From the NCBI GenBank assembly GCA_965656495.1, contig CBFHKU010000003.1:1-64000 (forward strand): a DNA stretch of 64,000 nt. The letters are read 5' to 3'. Origin of the DNA: Coraliomargaritaceae bacterium (GTDB taxonomy: Bacteria; Verrucomicrobiota; Verrucomicrobiia; Opitutales; Coraliomargaritaceae). Of this stretch, positions 51,692-61,572 are shown piece by piece. The stretch's first letter is position 1. Each line of letters begins with the position of its first letter. The translations under genes were made by a program, and so were the position numbers. Below the pieces are notes generated by a model. It had not been told where the DNA came from, ran no database searches, and saw only the letters and a list, made by a program, of their open reading frames with translations.

Positions 51692-52621
51692 ATGCGTATT
51701 CTTATCACCGGTGGTGCCGGATTTCTTGGCAGTCATTTATGCGAACGCCTCCTCCATGAAGGCCACGAGGTTGTCTGCATGGACAATTTCTTTACGGGGC
51801 GAAAGGTGAACGTCGCCCATTTGCTGGACAATCCCTACTTCGAGCTGATGCGGCACGATGTCGTGGATCCCTTTAAGCTGGAAGTCGACCAGATTTACAA
51901 TCTAGCCTGTCCCGCCTCTCCGGTTCATTACCAATTCAATCCAATCAAGACGACCAAGACCTCCGTCATGGGCGCGATCAACTGCCTCGGTCTCGCCAAG
52001 CGGGTGAATGCCCGCGTTTTCCAAGCCTCGACCTCCGAGGTCTACGGCGATCCCTCGGTCCACCCTCAGCCCGAAGCCTATTGGGGCAACGTCAACCCGA
52101 TCGGGATCCGCTCCTGTTACGACGAGGGCAAACGCTGCGCCGAGACCCTTTTCTTTGACTACTATCGCCAGAACGGCGTCGATATCCGGGTGGTGCGCAT
52201 CTTCAATACCTACGGGCCGCGCATGCTGGCGGATGACGGTCGCGTGGTTTCCAATTTTATTGTACAGGCGCTCCAAGGAAAAGACCTTACGGTTTACGGC
52301 GAAGGCCAGCAGACCCGCTCCTTCTGTTACGTCGATGACCTCATCGAGGGTTTTGTTCGCCTCATGAATCAGGATCAGGTCGTGGGCCCCATGAACATTG
52401 GCAACCCCATTGAATTCACCATCCTCGAACTCGCTGAAACAGTCCTTCAAATAACCGGCAGTAGCTCAAAAATCATCTATGAGCCCATGCCGCAGGACGA
52501 CCCCAAGCAACGCCAGCCCGATATTACTCAGGCAAAGGAAATTCTCGGCTGGGAGCCCACTGTTCCCCTTGAGGAGGGCCTTAAAAAGACCGTCGCGTAT
52601 TTCAAGGAGCAGATTGCCTAG
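51692..52621 (+). CDS. UDP-glucuronate decarboxylase (UDP-xylose synthase)
   Basis: [37 protein letters not shown]. Confidence 0.93.
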   Translation: MRILITGGAGFLGSHLCERLLHEGHEVVCMDNFFTGRKVNVAHLLDNPYFELMRHDVVDPFKLEVDQIYNLACPASPVHYQFNPIKTTKTSVMGAINCLGLAKRVNARVFQASTSEVYGDPSVHPQPEAYWGNVNPIGIRSCYDEGKRCAETLFFDYYRQNGVDIRVVRIFNTYGPRMLADDGRVVSNFIVQALQGKDLTVYGEGQQTRSFCYVDDLIEGFVRLMNQDQVVGPMNIGNPIEFTILELAETVLQITGSSSKIIYEPMPQDDPKQRQPDITQAKEILGWEPTVPLEEGLKKTVAYFKEQIA

Positions 52622-52631
52622 GCTGTAGCAC

Positions 52632-52665
52632 TTGACAGAGTATTACATTTATCAAAAAGTAATAC
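52632..52665 (+). promoter_or_regulatory. vapBC promoter/operator
   Basis: TTGACA at 52632; inverted repeat GTATTAC-N12-GTAATAC. Confidence 0.7.
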
Positions 52666-52666
52666 C

Positions 52667-52894
52667 ATGAAAATGAACCAAAAAGGGCAGGTGACGATAC
52701 CGCAAGACCTGCGCAAGCGTTTTGGAATGACTCGTGATACCGAAATCGTTTTTGAGGCGGTTCCTGAAGGTTTGCTACTGCGCACTGAAAATAAGGGGCG
52801 GGCGGGTCGCCTCCGTCGGGGCATTGCGAAAGCGCGGGGATGCGCCGATGCCGAATTGACAACCGAAGCGGTGATGGAATTGACCCGAGGCTAA
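52667..52894 (+). CDS. vapB: AbrB/MazE-type antitoxin
   Basis: KGQVTIPQDLRKRFG. Confidence 0.88.
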   Translation: MKMNQKGQVTIPQDLRKRFGMTRDTEIVFEAVPEGLLLRTENKGRAGRLRRGIAKARGCADAELTTEAVMELTRG

Positions 52895-53293
52895 ATGGTT
52901 CTGGTAGATTCCAATGTTCTGATTGATCTTTTTACGAATGACCCCAACTGGGCCGAATGGTCAGAAAACGCCTTACTTGAAGCCGCTCGGTATGATGCGC
53001 TTGCCATCAATCCGGTCATCTACGCAGAAATTTCTATTGCTTTTTCAGATGCCGCCAAACTGGATGCCGTTCTCGAACCTCTGGAAATCATGCGACTGCA
53101 GTTGCCCTACCGTGCTGCCTTTCTTGCAGGTAAAGCCTTTCTAAAATACCGTCGGCAAGGCGGCGACAGATCCTCGCCGCTCCCTGATTTCTTTATTGGA
53201 GCCCACGCTGTAAGCGAAAAAATGAAACTCATTACACGGGACACAAAACGCTTCCGGAGTTATTTCCCAGGCATTAATTGCGTAACACCTTAA
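52895..53293 (+). CDS. vapC: PIN-domain toxin
   Basis: LVDSNVLID, IYAEIS, PLPDFFIGAHA, ITRD. Confidence 0.9.
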   Translation: MVLVDSNVLIDLFTNDPNWAEWSENALLEAARYDALAINPVIYAEISIAFSDAAKLDAVLEPLEIMRLQLPYRAAFLAGKAFLKYRRQGGDRSSPLPDFFIGAHAVSEKMKLITRDTKRFRSYFPGINCVTP

Positions 53294-53313
53294 ACACAAA
53301 GCATCGATTCAAT

Positions 53314-54303
53314 ATGAAAGTTCTCGTCGTAGGAGGAGCCGGCTACATTGGTAGCCATTGCGTGCGTCAATTGCAGGCTGCGGGTCACGAACCCGTGGTA
53401 CTCGACAACCTGGTCTTCGGGCATCGAGCCGCCGTGCATCCATCCATTCCCTTCTATGATAGCGATCTTGGCGATTCCGAAGCGGTTGGCGAAATTCTCC
53501 GCAAGGAACAAATCGAGTTGGTCATGCATTTCGCAGCCTTCGCCTACGTGGGCGAATCGGTCACCGAACCCCGCAAGTACTACGAGAACAACTTCGTCGC
53601 GACCCTCCGCCTTCTCGAGACCATGCTCGATAACGGCGTTTCCAAATTCGTCTTTTCCTCTACCTGCGCGACTTACGGCGAGCCTGAGACCCTGCCCATG
53701 GTGGAGACCCTCCCGCAGGCACCCATCAACCCCTACGGGCAAACCAAGCTCGACGTCGAGAACTGCCTCAAGGCATTCGCGCACGCCTACGGACTCAGCT
53801 TCGCGGCCTTCCGCTATTTCAATGCCGCCGGAGCGGCGGAGGACGGCTCGATCGGCGAAGACCACAACCCCGAGACCCATCTCATCCCCCTCGTGATCGA
53901 CGCCGCCACCGGACGTCGCGAAAACATCCAAATCTTCGGCACCGATTATCCGACCCCCGATGGCACCTGCCTGCGTGACTACGTGCATGTGGACGACCTT
54001 TCCCGTGCCCACATTGCGGTCTTTGATAAACTCAACGAACCCGGCGCCGCCTATTTCTACAACCTCGGCACCGGCACCCCCAACTCCGTCCGCGAAATTA
54101 TCACGGCGGTCGAAACAGTCACCGGCTTGAAAGTTCCCGTAGTGGAATCCGAACGCCGCGCCGGCGACCCCCCCGCGCTTTACGCCGATTCCACCAAGGC
54201 ACAGCAAGAACTCGGCTGGGAAATTCAATACTCCAAAATCGAAGATATTATCGCCACCGCCTGGAAATGGCATCAGGCGAATCCCGAGGGTTTTGGGGTG
54301 TAA
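53314..54303 (+). CDS. galE: UDP-glucose 4-epimerase
   Basis: GGAGYIGSH, VGESV, RYFNAAGA, DYPTPDGTCLRDYVHV. Confidence 0.95.
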   Translation: MKVLVVGGAGYIGSHCVRQLQAAGHEPVVLDNLVFGHRAAVHPSIPFYDSDLGDSEAVGEILRKEQIELVMHFAAFAYVGESVTEPRKYYENNFVATLRLLETMLDNGVSKFVFSSTCATYGEPETLPMVETLPQAPINPYGQTKLDVENCLKAFAHAYGLSFAAFRYFNAAGAAEDGSIGEDHNPETHLIPLVIDAATGRRENIQIFGTDYPTPDGTCLRDYVHVDDLSRAHIAVFDKLNEPGAAYFYNLGTGTPNSVREIITAVETVTGLKVPVVESERRAGDPPALYADSTKAQQELGWEIQYSKIEDIIATAWKWHQANPEGFGV

Positions 54304-54312
54304 GTAACCGCC

Positions 54313-54507
54313 GTGAAGAACGCTGATTCAAAAAATTGGGACAGTGTCACCTGGGCGGGCGCGGAAAAGAGCCGCCGGATACAGGATGCCCGTTTGAGCT
54401 TCCGCCAAAAACTCGAGTGGAACGCGCAGGCTCTGGAACTCACAAAACGCTTCGAGGCAGGCTGCTCTAAGGCACCGAGCACCCGCCCGCGTCCAATTAA
54501 AAATTAA
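54313..54507 (+). CDS. Small hypothetical protein
   Basis: 64 aa, GTG start; fills the galE-rfbB gap. Confidence 0.55.
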   Translation: MKNADSKNWDSVTWAGAEKSRRIQDARLSFRQKLEWNAQALELTKRFEAGCSKAPSTRPRPIKN

Positions 54508-54510
54508 GCC

Positions 54511-55716
54511 ATGAAAATTCTCGTAACCGGAGGAGCCGGATTTATCGGTTCCAATCTCGTACGACTGCTCATCAAAGAGAAGGGCGCTACCGTCATAAAT
54601 CTCGACAAGCTCACTTACGCGGGCAACCCCGAATCCCTTGCCGATCTCGCGGACGACCCCAACTACCACTTCGAATACGGAGACCTCGCCGCCCCGATTG
54701 ATACGCCTGAGACACCACCTTCACACCGTGATCAAAAATCGCTCGTCGAGATTTTTGATCACTACCAACCCGACGCGGTCATGCACCTCGCTGCCGAGAG
54801 CCATGTGGACCGTTCCATCGATGGCCCCGGCGAGTTCATTCAAACCAACATCGTCGGCACCTACAATCTGCTTCAAGCGAGTCTGCAATATTGGCGTGGC
54901 CTGCCGGAGCCAGAAAGTGAAAAAGTGAGAACGTGTGAAGGTGGAAATGTTCAATCAGAGTCCGGTGACCTTCCCACTGTCAAACCTTCCCACCTTCCCA
55001 CCCAGAAATCCTTCCGATTTCTGCACGTTTCGACTGATGAAGTCTACGGCTCCCTTGCGCCCGATGCTCTTGGGTTTTCTGAAACGACTCCTTACGATCC
55101 GCACTCCCCGTACTCTGCCTCCAAAGCCGCTTCCGACCATCTCGCCCGTGCCTGGGCCGACACCTACGGTCTGCCGGTGCTTGTCACGAACTGCTCCAAC
55201 AACTACGGACCCTACCAATTTCCCGAAAAACTCATCCCGGTGGTCATCCTCAAATGCCTGCGCGGGGAACCCATTCCCGTTTACGGAAAGGGCGAAAATA
55301 TCCGCGATTGGCTCTACGTGGGGGATCATGCCGAAGCCCTCTACGCCGTCCTAACCAAGGGTCGGGTAGGAGAGACCTACAACATCGGCGGCAACAACGA
55401 ACAGACGAACCTCAATTTGGTTAAATTAATTTGTAAGATTTTGGATCAACAGCATCCACCTTCCCACCTTCCCACTTTCACACCTTCAAACCCTGTCAGC
55501 TATGAAAGCCTAATCGGCTTTGTAGCTGACAGACCCGGCCACGACCTGCGCTACGCCATCGACGCCCGCAAGATCCGCGACGAACTCGGCTGGGAACCCA
55601 AAGAAGATTTCGAATCCGGTTTTCGCAAAACCGTACACTGGTATTTGGAAAACCAAGAGTGGTGGCAGCATATCCTTTCCGGCGACTACCAACTGGAGCG
55701 CCTGGGTAAAACTTGA
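54511..55716 (+). CDS. rfbB: dTDP-glucose 4,6-dehydratase with in-frame insertions
   Basis: [47 protein letters not shown]. Confidence 0.95.
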   Translation: MKILVTGGAGFIGSNLVRLLIKEKGATVINLDKLTYAGNPESLADLADDPNYHFEYGDLAAPIDTPETPPSHRDQKSLVEIFDHYQPDAVMHLAAESHVDRSIDGPGEFIQTNIVGTYNLLQASLQYWRGLPEPESEKVRTCEGGNVQSESGDLPTVKPSHLPTQKSFRFLHVSTDEVYGSLAPDALGFSETTPYDPHSPYSASKAASDHLARAWADTYGLPVLVTNCSNNYGPYQFPEKLIPVVILKCLRGEPIPVYGKGENIRDWLYVGDHAEALYAVLTKGRVGETYNIGGNNEQTNLNLVKLICKILDQQHPPSHLPTFTPSNPVSYESLIGFVADRPGHDLRYAIDARKIRDELGWEPKEDFESGFRKTVHWYLENQEWWQHILSGDYQLERLGKT

Positions 55717-55734
55717 AACATTACAAATAACATC

Positions 55735-57089
55735 ATGGAAAAATAGCAATAATTGGACTGGGATACGTCGGGTTACCTCTGGGTCTTCACTTTGCGGATT
55801 CGGGTGTTTCGGTATTGGGGCTGGATGTCGATGCGGCTAAAGTAGATGCCATCAATTCCGGCAAAAGCTACATCAAGCATATTGATGCGGCAGAGATTGC
55901 GGCACAACAAGCCAGTGGAAAACTGGAGGCTTCGACGGATTTTTCGCGGGTGAGCGAAGTCGATGCGGTGCTCATCTGCGTTCCCACTCCGTTGAACAAA
56001 TACCGCGAACCGGACATTTCCTACGTGCTGAAATCAGGCGAGGCCATTGCGCCTTACCTTGCGCAGCAAGGTGTGCAAAGTTCGAGTTCAGAGTTCGAGT
56101 CAGAAACTAGCCACTCGAACACTGCCAAAGGCAGTCCACTCGAACAGTCGCGTCCAAAACTCATCGTTTTGGAGTCGACGACGTACCCCGGCACGACCGA
56201 CACGGATTTACGCAAAGTGCTCGAAGCGGGTTCGGGCCTGAAGGCGGGAGAGGATTTCTACTTGGCCTTTTCTCCGGAACGCGAGGATCCGGGTCGCAAG
56301 GACCACTCTGTGAAAACCATCCCGAAGGTCATGGGCGGTTACACCGAAGCCTGTCTAAAGCGTTGTATAGAACTCTACTCCAAGGCGCTTGATAAAGTGC
56401 ATCCGGTCAGTTCTTGCCGTTTGGCGGAAGCAACAAAGTTAACTGAAAATATCTTCCGCTCTGTTAACATTGCATTGGTCAATGAACTGAAGGTGGTCTT
56501 TCAAAAGATGGATATCGACGTGTGGGATGTCGTCGACGCTGCGGCAACCAAGCCCTTTGGCTACATGCCCTTTTATCCCGGCCCCGGCCTCGGCGGACAC
56601 TGCATTCCGATTGATCCCTTTTACATGACCTGGAAGGCCCGCGAATACGAGCAACACACCCGTTTCATTGAACTGGCAGGCGAGATCAATACCGCCATGC
56701 CGGACTATGTGATTTCCCGCGTTGCCGACGCGCTCAATGACGACGGCAAGGCGATCAAGGGCTCCAAAATTCTCCTCCTCGGCATGGCTTACAAACCGAA
56801 CGTCGATGACGACCGCGAGTCCCCCAGTTACGTCCTTATGAAGAAACTTGAGGACAAGGGCGCCATTGTTAGCTACAACGACCCGCACGTCCCCGAGATC
56901 AAGCTCACCCGCGAACATCCGGAATTTGCGGGTAGGAAGTCCGTTGCGATCACTGACGACTTCGATTGTATCCTAGTCGCCACCCATCATGCCGAATATG
57001 GTGAATATGACTTTTCAAACTTCACTGCCCCAATCGTGGATACGCGAAATTGTGTAGGCAAACGTCCTGCTAAATATTATAAAGCGTGA
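55735..57089 (+). CDS. Nucleotide-sugar dehydrogenase (WbpA/WecC-like); apparent frameshift at codon 2-3
   Basis: KIAIIGLGYVGLP, ICVPTP, ESTTYPGTT, GLGGHCIPIDP. ATG 55735 is out of frame across an A5 run. Confidence 0.88.
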
Positions 57090-57231
57090 CGCTATCAGTC
57101 ATCCTTCATCGCCCAAAGGGCCAACCAGCCAAGTATCATGTAGCCTAGGCCGATGACATGTCTCGTCTCCTCCTCCCCATCTCTAACCCGCAAGGCGGGC
57201 GGTTGTCCGAATGATTTTTTCAGGCGTTGAC

Positions 57232-57265
57232 TTGACAATTCACCCTTAAAGTAAGACGTTCTTAC
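57232..57265 (+). promoter_or_regulatory. Second vapBC promoter/operator
   Basis: TTGACA at 57232; inverted repeat GTAAGA-CGT-TCTTAC. Confidence 0.6.
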
Positions 57266-57268
57266 GAT

Positions 57269-57505
57269 ATGCATACAGTTGTTTCCAGCAAAGGTCAGAT
57301 CGTGATTCCAGCCAAGATGCGCAAGGCCCTGAATTTGCATTCAGGGCAGCGGATCAATCTCGACCGTCGCGGTCGATCAATCATTTTGTCCACGGAGGAG
57401 CCTAAATTCGATAGATGGCTGGAGGAACGTCGCGGGAAGGGCGTGTTAAAGGAACCGTTAAAGGTTGACCGCACGGCAAGTATGCCTGAGGCAAAAAAAC
57501 TTTAG
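57269..57505 (+). CDS. vapB: AbrB/MazE-type antitoxin
   Basis: VSSKGQIVIPAKMRKALNL. Confidence 0.88.
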   Translation: MHTVVSSKGQIVIPAKMRKALNLHSGQRINLDRRGRSIILSTEEPKFDRWLEERRGKGVLKEPLKVDRTASMPEAKKL

Positions 57506-57508
57506 ACA

Positions 57509-57898
57509 GTGGGAACCTATCTCTTAGACTCTGATGTCGCGATCGCTTTGATTAATGGGCATGAGGAATGGATCGATCTTTTAATCGGTCAGGCGAACGC
57601 AATTTCCAGCGTGACTGCATATGAATTGGCAGTAGGCATAGAAAAATGCCGCTCCAAAAAGACAATCAGAGAGACCCGTGATTTCCTGTCTGCGATTGAA
57701 GTGATCGATTTCGATGTCGAAGCGGCATTTGAGAGTGCGCGTGTTCGCGCCGAACTCGAAAGTGTCGGGCAGGGCATCGGACCTTACGATACCTTAATTG
57801 CTGGGCACTGTCGCCTGCTTGGACGTTCCTTGGTGACCAATAATCTGCGTGAATTTGAACGGGTGTCGAACCTGGAGGTGGTCTCCATTCGGAAATAA
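57509..57898 (+). CDS. vapC: PIN-domain toxin
   Basis: YLLDSD, ISSVTAYEL, IGPYDTLIAGH, LVTNNLREF. Confidence 0.92.
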   Translation: MGTYLLDSDVAIALINGHEEWIDLLIGQANAISSVTAYELAVGIEKCRSKKTIRETRDFLSAIEVIDFDVEAAFESARVRAELESVGQGIGPYDTLIAGHCRLLGRSLVTNNLREFERVSNLEVVSIRK

Positions 57899-58170
57899 AG
57901 GTTTTTTTTCGCAAACACAGTAAACCAGTGCTGGAGCTCCCATTCGCCCTACATCTAGTGCAGCGGTTGTAAAAAATCATCCTTCAATTCTATCCCAATA
58001 TGTCAGAAGACTTGATAAAGTTCTTATACTTGAATGTTTTACTCGAGCTGGCAATGGTGCACAATCCACTCTGGAGTCTATGCCACGGCTTCTCTTAAGA
58101 CTTCTCAATTGATTGCTTTACACTATTATCCAGTTGCTGCCTAGTCGAGTTGCGTCGGGTGGGTTCAGAT

Positions 58171-58491
58171 ATCCTCCTCCTCGGCATGGCATACAAACCG
58201 AACGTCGATGACGACCGCGAGTCCCCCAGTTACGTGCTCATGAAAAAACTTGAGCAACGGGGTGCAATCGTGGATTACAACGATCCTTATGTGCCTGAGA
58301 TCAAAACAAGTCGAGAGCACGCAGATCTTGCGGGTCGCCGCTCTGTTGAGATAAATGACGACTATGACTGTATATTGCTGGCCACCCACCATGACGAATA
58401 TAGGGAGTTCGACTTTTCGGACTTTGCCAGCCCTGTGGTGGATACGCGAAATTGTATTACTAAACGCCCGATGAAATTTTTTCGAGCATAG
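58171..58491 (+). pseudogene. Duplicated 3' fragment of the nucleotide-sugar dehydrogenase
   Basis: 321 nt colinear with 56769-57089 (ILLLGMAYKPNVDDDRESPS..VDTRNC); no 5' part. Confidence 0.92.
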
Positions 58492-58522
58492 AGCGTAAAT
58501 TTAAGATCAACCTCTCAATATC

Positions 58523-59575
58523 ATGGCTAAATATCTCGTAACCGGCGTTGCCGGATTTATCGCATCACGCACGGCCCAGTTTCTTTTGGAACAAGGGCAC
58601 GAAGTTGTCGGCGTCGACAATCTGAATGATTATTATGACGTCAGGTTGAAATACTACCGTCTTTTCGAACTCGCGAAGGCATCGGGAGGGGCAGCTGGCA
58701 TTGTTGCAGATTTGGATAAGTCGTTTCGTGAATCGACACAGCCGTCTGGCGTATGGGAGGCGGGCAACTTTCGCTTCTTGCAACTCGATATCGAAGATAA
58801 GGGGGCGGTTCTCGACTTGTTCAAAGCGCATCAGTTTGATGCAGTCTTAAATCTAGCTGCCCGTGCTGGTGTTCGCTACAGTATGGAAAATCCCGATGTC
58901 TATATGACGACAAATGCCATGGGCACTCTGCACCTCATGGACGGAATGAAAGCAACGGGGGTGAAGAAACTTGTATTGGCATCCACTTCTTCCCTCTACG
59001 CGGGCCAGCCGATGCCCTTCACAGAGACCTTGCCGGTGAATTCGCCCATATCGCCTTATGCCGCTTCAAAGAAAGCGGCTGAGATGATGGCTTACAGCTA
59101 CAGTTACCTCTACGATCTGGATGTGTCGGTGGTGCGCTATTTTACGGTTTTTGGTCCCTGTGGGCGCCCGGATATGTGTATCTTCCGCTTCACGAATTGG
59201 ATCGATGCCGGTGTGCCAATCGAACTGTTTGGCGATGGCAGTCAAAGTCGTGATTTCACCTATGTCGATGATATCGCTCGTGGCACAATTGCAGCACTCA
59301 AGCCCGTGGGGTATGAAGTCTTTAATCTCGGCGGTGGCAATAACCCGATCTCACTAAAACAGATCATAGAATGGATCGAAGAGGGGCTGGGCAAAAAAGC
59401 CAACTACGACCATAAACCCTTTCATAAAGCGGACATAAAGGAGACTTGGGCCGATATTTCAAAAGCGGAGCGGATGCTCGGCTGGAAGCCCCAGGTTGGT
59501 GTAAAGGAAGGGCTGGATCAAACAACAGAGTGGTATTTTGCAAATAGAGAGTGGCTGCAGGGTGTGTCTCTGTAG
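58523..59575 (+). CDS. NAD-dependent sugar epimerase (UDP-glucuronate 4-epimerase-like)
   Basis: TGVAGFI, NLAARAGVRYS, YAASKK, RYFTVFGPCGRPDM. Confidence 0.9.
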   Translation: MAKYLVTGVAGFIASRTAQFLLEQGHEVVGVDNLNDYYDVRLKYYRLFELAKASGGAAGIVADLDKSFRESTQPSGVWEAGNFRFLQLDIEDKGAVLDLFKAHQFDAVLNLAARAGVRYSMENPDVYMTTNAMGTLHLMDGMKATGVKKLVLASTSSLYAGQPMPFTETLPVNSPISPYAASKKAAEMMAYSYSYLYDLDVSVVRYFTVFGPCGRPDMCIFRFTNWIDAGVPIELFGDGSQSRDFTYVDDIARGTIAALKPVGYEVFNLGGGNNPISLKQIIEWIEEGLGKKANYDHKPFHKADIKETWADISKAERMLGWKPQVGVKEGLDQTTEWYFANREWLQGVSL

Positions 59576-59608
59576 CTTTATTCTGAATAATTCCCAATAA
59601 TATTACCC

Positions 59609-59866
59609 ATGAAAGGAATCATACTTGCAGGCGGTGCTGGCACCCGACTACACCCGATCACACTGGCTGTTTCTAAACAGTTGATGCCGATCTATGACAA
59701 GCCGATGATCTATTATCCGCTGTCCGTGCTTATGCTGGCAGGGATTAACGAAATCCTGATTATCACGACACCGGAAGATCAGCCGGCTTTCCAGCGCTTG
59801 CTGGGCGATGGCTCCGAGCTGGAGCGGTTGGGGACGAGCGAAGCTCGTGATGGTGAACAATACTGA
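59609..59866 (+). pseudogene. Truncated rfbA (codons ~1-70) fused to an rfbB-like C-terminus
   Basis: [16 protein letters not shown] followed by ERLG; rfbB ends QLERLGKT. Confidence 0.88.
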
Positions 59867-59880
59867 ATGGGTGATACTGG

Positions 59881-60237
59881 ATGGGTGACGGACTTAAAGA
59901 TTTTGAGGAGATGGAGGTGTGGCAAGATGCTCGGCAGTTGGCAGTTGGTGTCTACTCCGATTTCTCACAAGTAAAAGACTTCTCCTTCTGCGATCAGATT
60001 AAGCGGGCGGTCATATCCATATCTAATAATATTGCCGAGGGGTGCGGCCGGACTACCAAAACTGAATTTGCTCGATTTCTAGATATTGCGAAAGGTTCAA
60101 GTGCAGAGGTTCGGAGTATGTATAGGGTTGCCGAAGCACTTGAATTTATTTCTACATGCACAGCACAAAGGCGCTGTGAATCTTGCGTGAGTATTTCTAA
60201 ACAGTTAAGTGGCTTTGCAAAGCACCTTCGAAAGTAG
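59881..60237 (+). CDS. Four-helix-bundle protein (23S IVP/TIGR02436-like)
   Basis: FEEMEVWQDA..DQIKRA..ISNNIAEG..FLDIAKGS..EVRS. Confidence 0.92.
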   Translation: MGDGLKDFEEMEVWQDARQLAVGVYSDFSQVKDFSFCDQIKRAVISISNNIAEGCGRTTKTEFARFLDIAKGSSAEVRSMYRVAEALEFISTCTAQRRCESCVSISKQLSGFAKHLRK

Positions 60238-60412
60238 GTTTCCAATCGAGCATTGAGCATCAAATATTAACTATCAAAAATCTCTGATTTTTTCCATAAA
60301 AGGAATCATACTCGCCGATGGCGCCGGCTCCCTTCAGCATTCCAGACTTGGGCACCTAATGAGTGTTCGTAAAAGAAATTGATTCAGAGCCGTAATCTGC
60401 TAACTTTACCAA

Positions 60413-60628
60413 ATGACCGCTCTTGAAAAAGAAATACTCAGTTTACCTAAACTGCAGAAAATCAGCATTATGGAAAAAATTTGGGTCGATCTTCTAAAAG
60501 AAGAGGAGGCGATTGAACTGCCTGAATGGCATCTTGAGGAACTCGCAAAAACAGAAAAAAGCATTCAAAAGGGCAGGGAACATTTTCAGGATTGGGAAGT
60601 AGCCAAAAAAGCGATTCGTGAGGCATGA
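60413..60628 (+). CDS. Addiction-module antitoxin (TIGR02574-like)
   Basis: LSLP..KI.IME.IW..L, PEWH.EEL, DWEVAK. Confidence 0.85.
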   Translation: MTALEKEILSLPKLQKISIMEKIWVDLLKEEEAIELPEWHLEELAKTEKSIQKGREHFQDWEVAKKAIREA

Positions 60629-60915
60629 ATCTGAGGATTCTAACTGCAGCCTCCCGAGATTTAGTGAAAGGAAAGAAGCTCTATGAGCGTCAATAAGTAG
60701 GCTTGGGAGGATATTTCTTAGACACCCTCTATTCTGACATTGACTCTTTGATTTTGTATGCGGGCATCCATCGAAAAATACGCGGTTATCACTGCATGTT
60801 TTCGAGGCGCTTTCCTTATGCGGTTTATTACAAAACAGAATCGAATGAGATTCGAGTGTATCGAGTGATGGACTGCAGACAAGATCCTCGAAAAACATTG
60901 AAAGCACTGAAGTAG
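60625..60915 (+). pseudogene. RelE/ParE toxin with an in-frame stop
   Basis: ATGA-coupled to the antitoxin: MNLRIL..YERQ*VGLGGYF..RFPYAVYY..DCRQDP; TAA at 60694-60696. Confidence 0.85.
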
Positions 60916-61263
60916 TGCGAACTAAAAATTCAAAGAATTTTTCCATGAAAGAAAGCATAAACCTCATCTGCGTGCATAGCGATTATGATTTAGTGCTACT
61001 TTTGCCGGATGACTGCGATCAATGGCTTGAGAAAGTCGCTACGCGACAGTTCTAGTTTATAGTTCGAGAGCTGGAACTCCAAACTGAACACTCAAACTAA
61101 AAATTAAGGAATTTTTCCATGGCGGCCATACGCTTCCCCCCATCCAGCATCGCCGTAAGGCCCATCGCTTCTGACTCCTTTACGCCTTTATGAGTCTATT
61201 AACTTACCTTTAGACCGCAAAGTTACGTTGACCTACCTTTCAAGTCTGTTGAGATTTCATACT

Positions 61264-61572
61264 ATGAAAAACGTGTCGATTCGCTCTCTCGCTAAAACAG
61301 CCGGGTTGGCGTCGGGGGCTGATGCAGTTTATTTATTTGGTTCTCGAGCAACCGGACGCAACCGCTCGGACAGCGATTATGATTTAGCGCTACTTTTGCC
61401 GGATGAGTGCGATCAATGGCAAGCGACTCGCGATGCACAGCGTTCACTCTGGCCGCGCCCTGTGCCAATCGACCTGGTTCCAATTACCAAGAAAAGTTGG
61501 GAAGATGGAAGCAACGCCTTCATCAGAGAAGTACGCAAAACCGGTAAACTTCTTTTTTCAAGAGATGGATAA
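61264..61572 (+). CDS. Minimal nucleotidyltransferase (MNT) antitoxin
   Basis: YLFGSRATGRNRSDSDYDL (GS-x10-DxD), IDLV. Confidence 0.9.
   Translation: MKNVSIRSLAKTAGLASGADAVYLFGSRATGRNRSDSDYDLALLLPDECDQWQATRDAQRSLWPRPVPIDLVPITKKSWEDGSNAFIREVRKTGKLLFSRDG

Noticed and set aside
59881..60237. Diversity-generating retroelement (Avd-like four-helix protein)
   Set aside because: No reverse transcriptase in the window, and differences between the duplicated segments are not adenine-specific.
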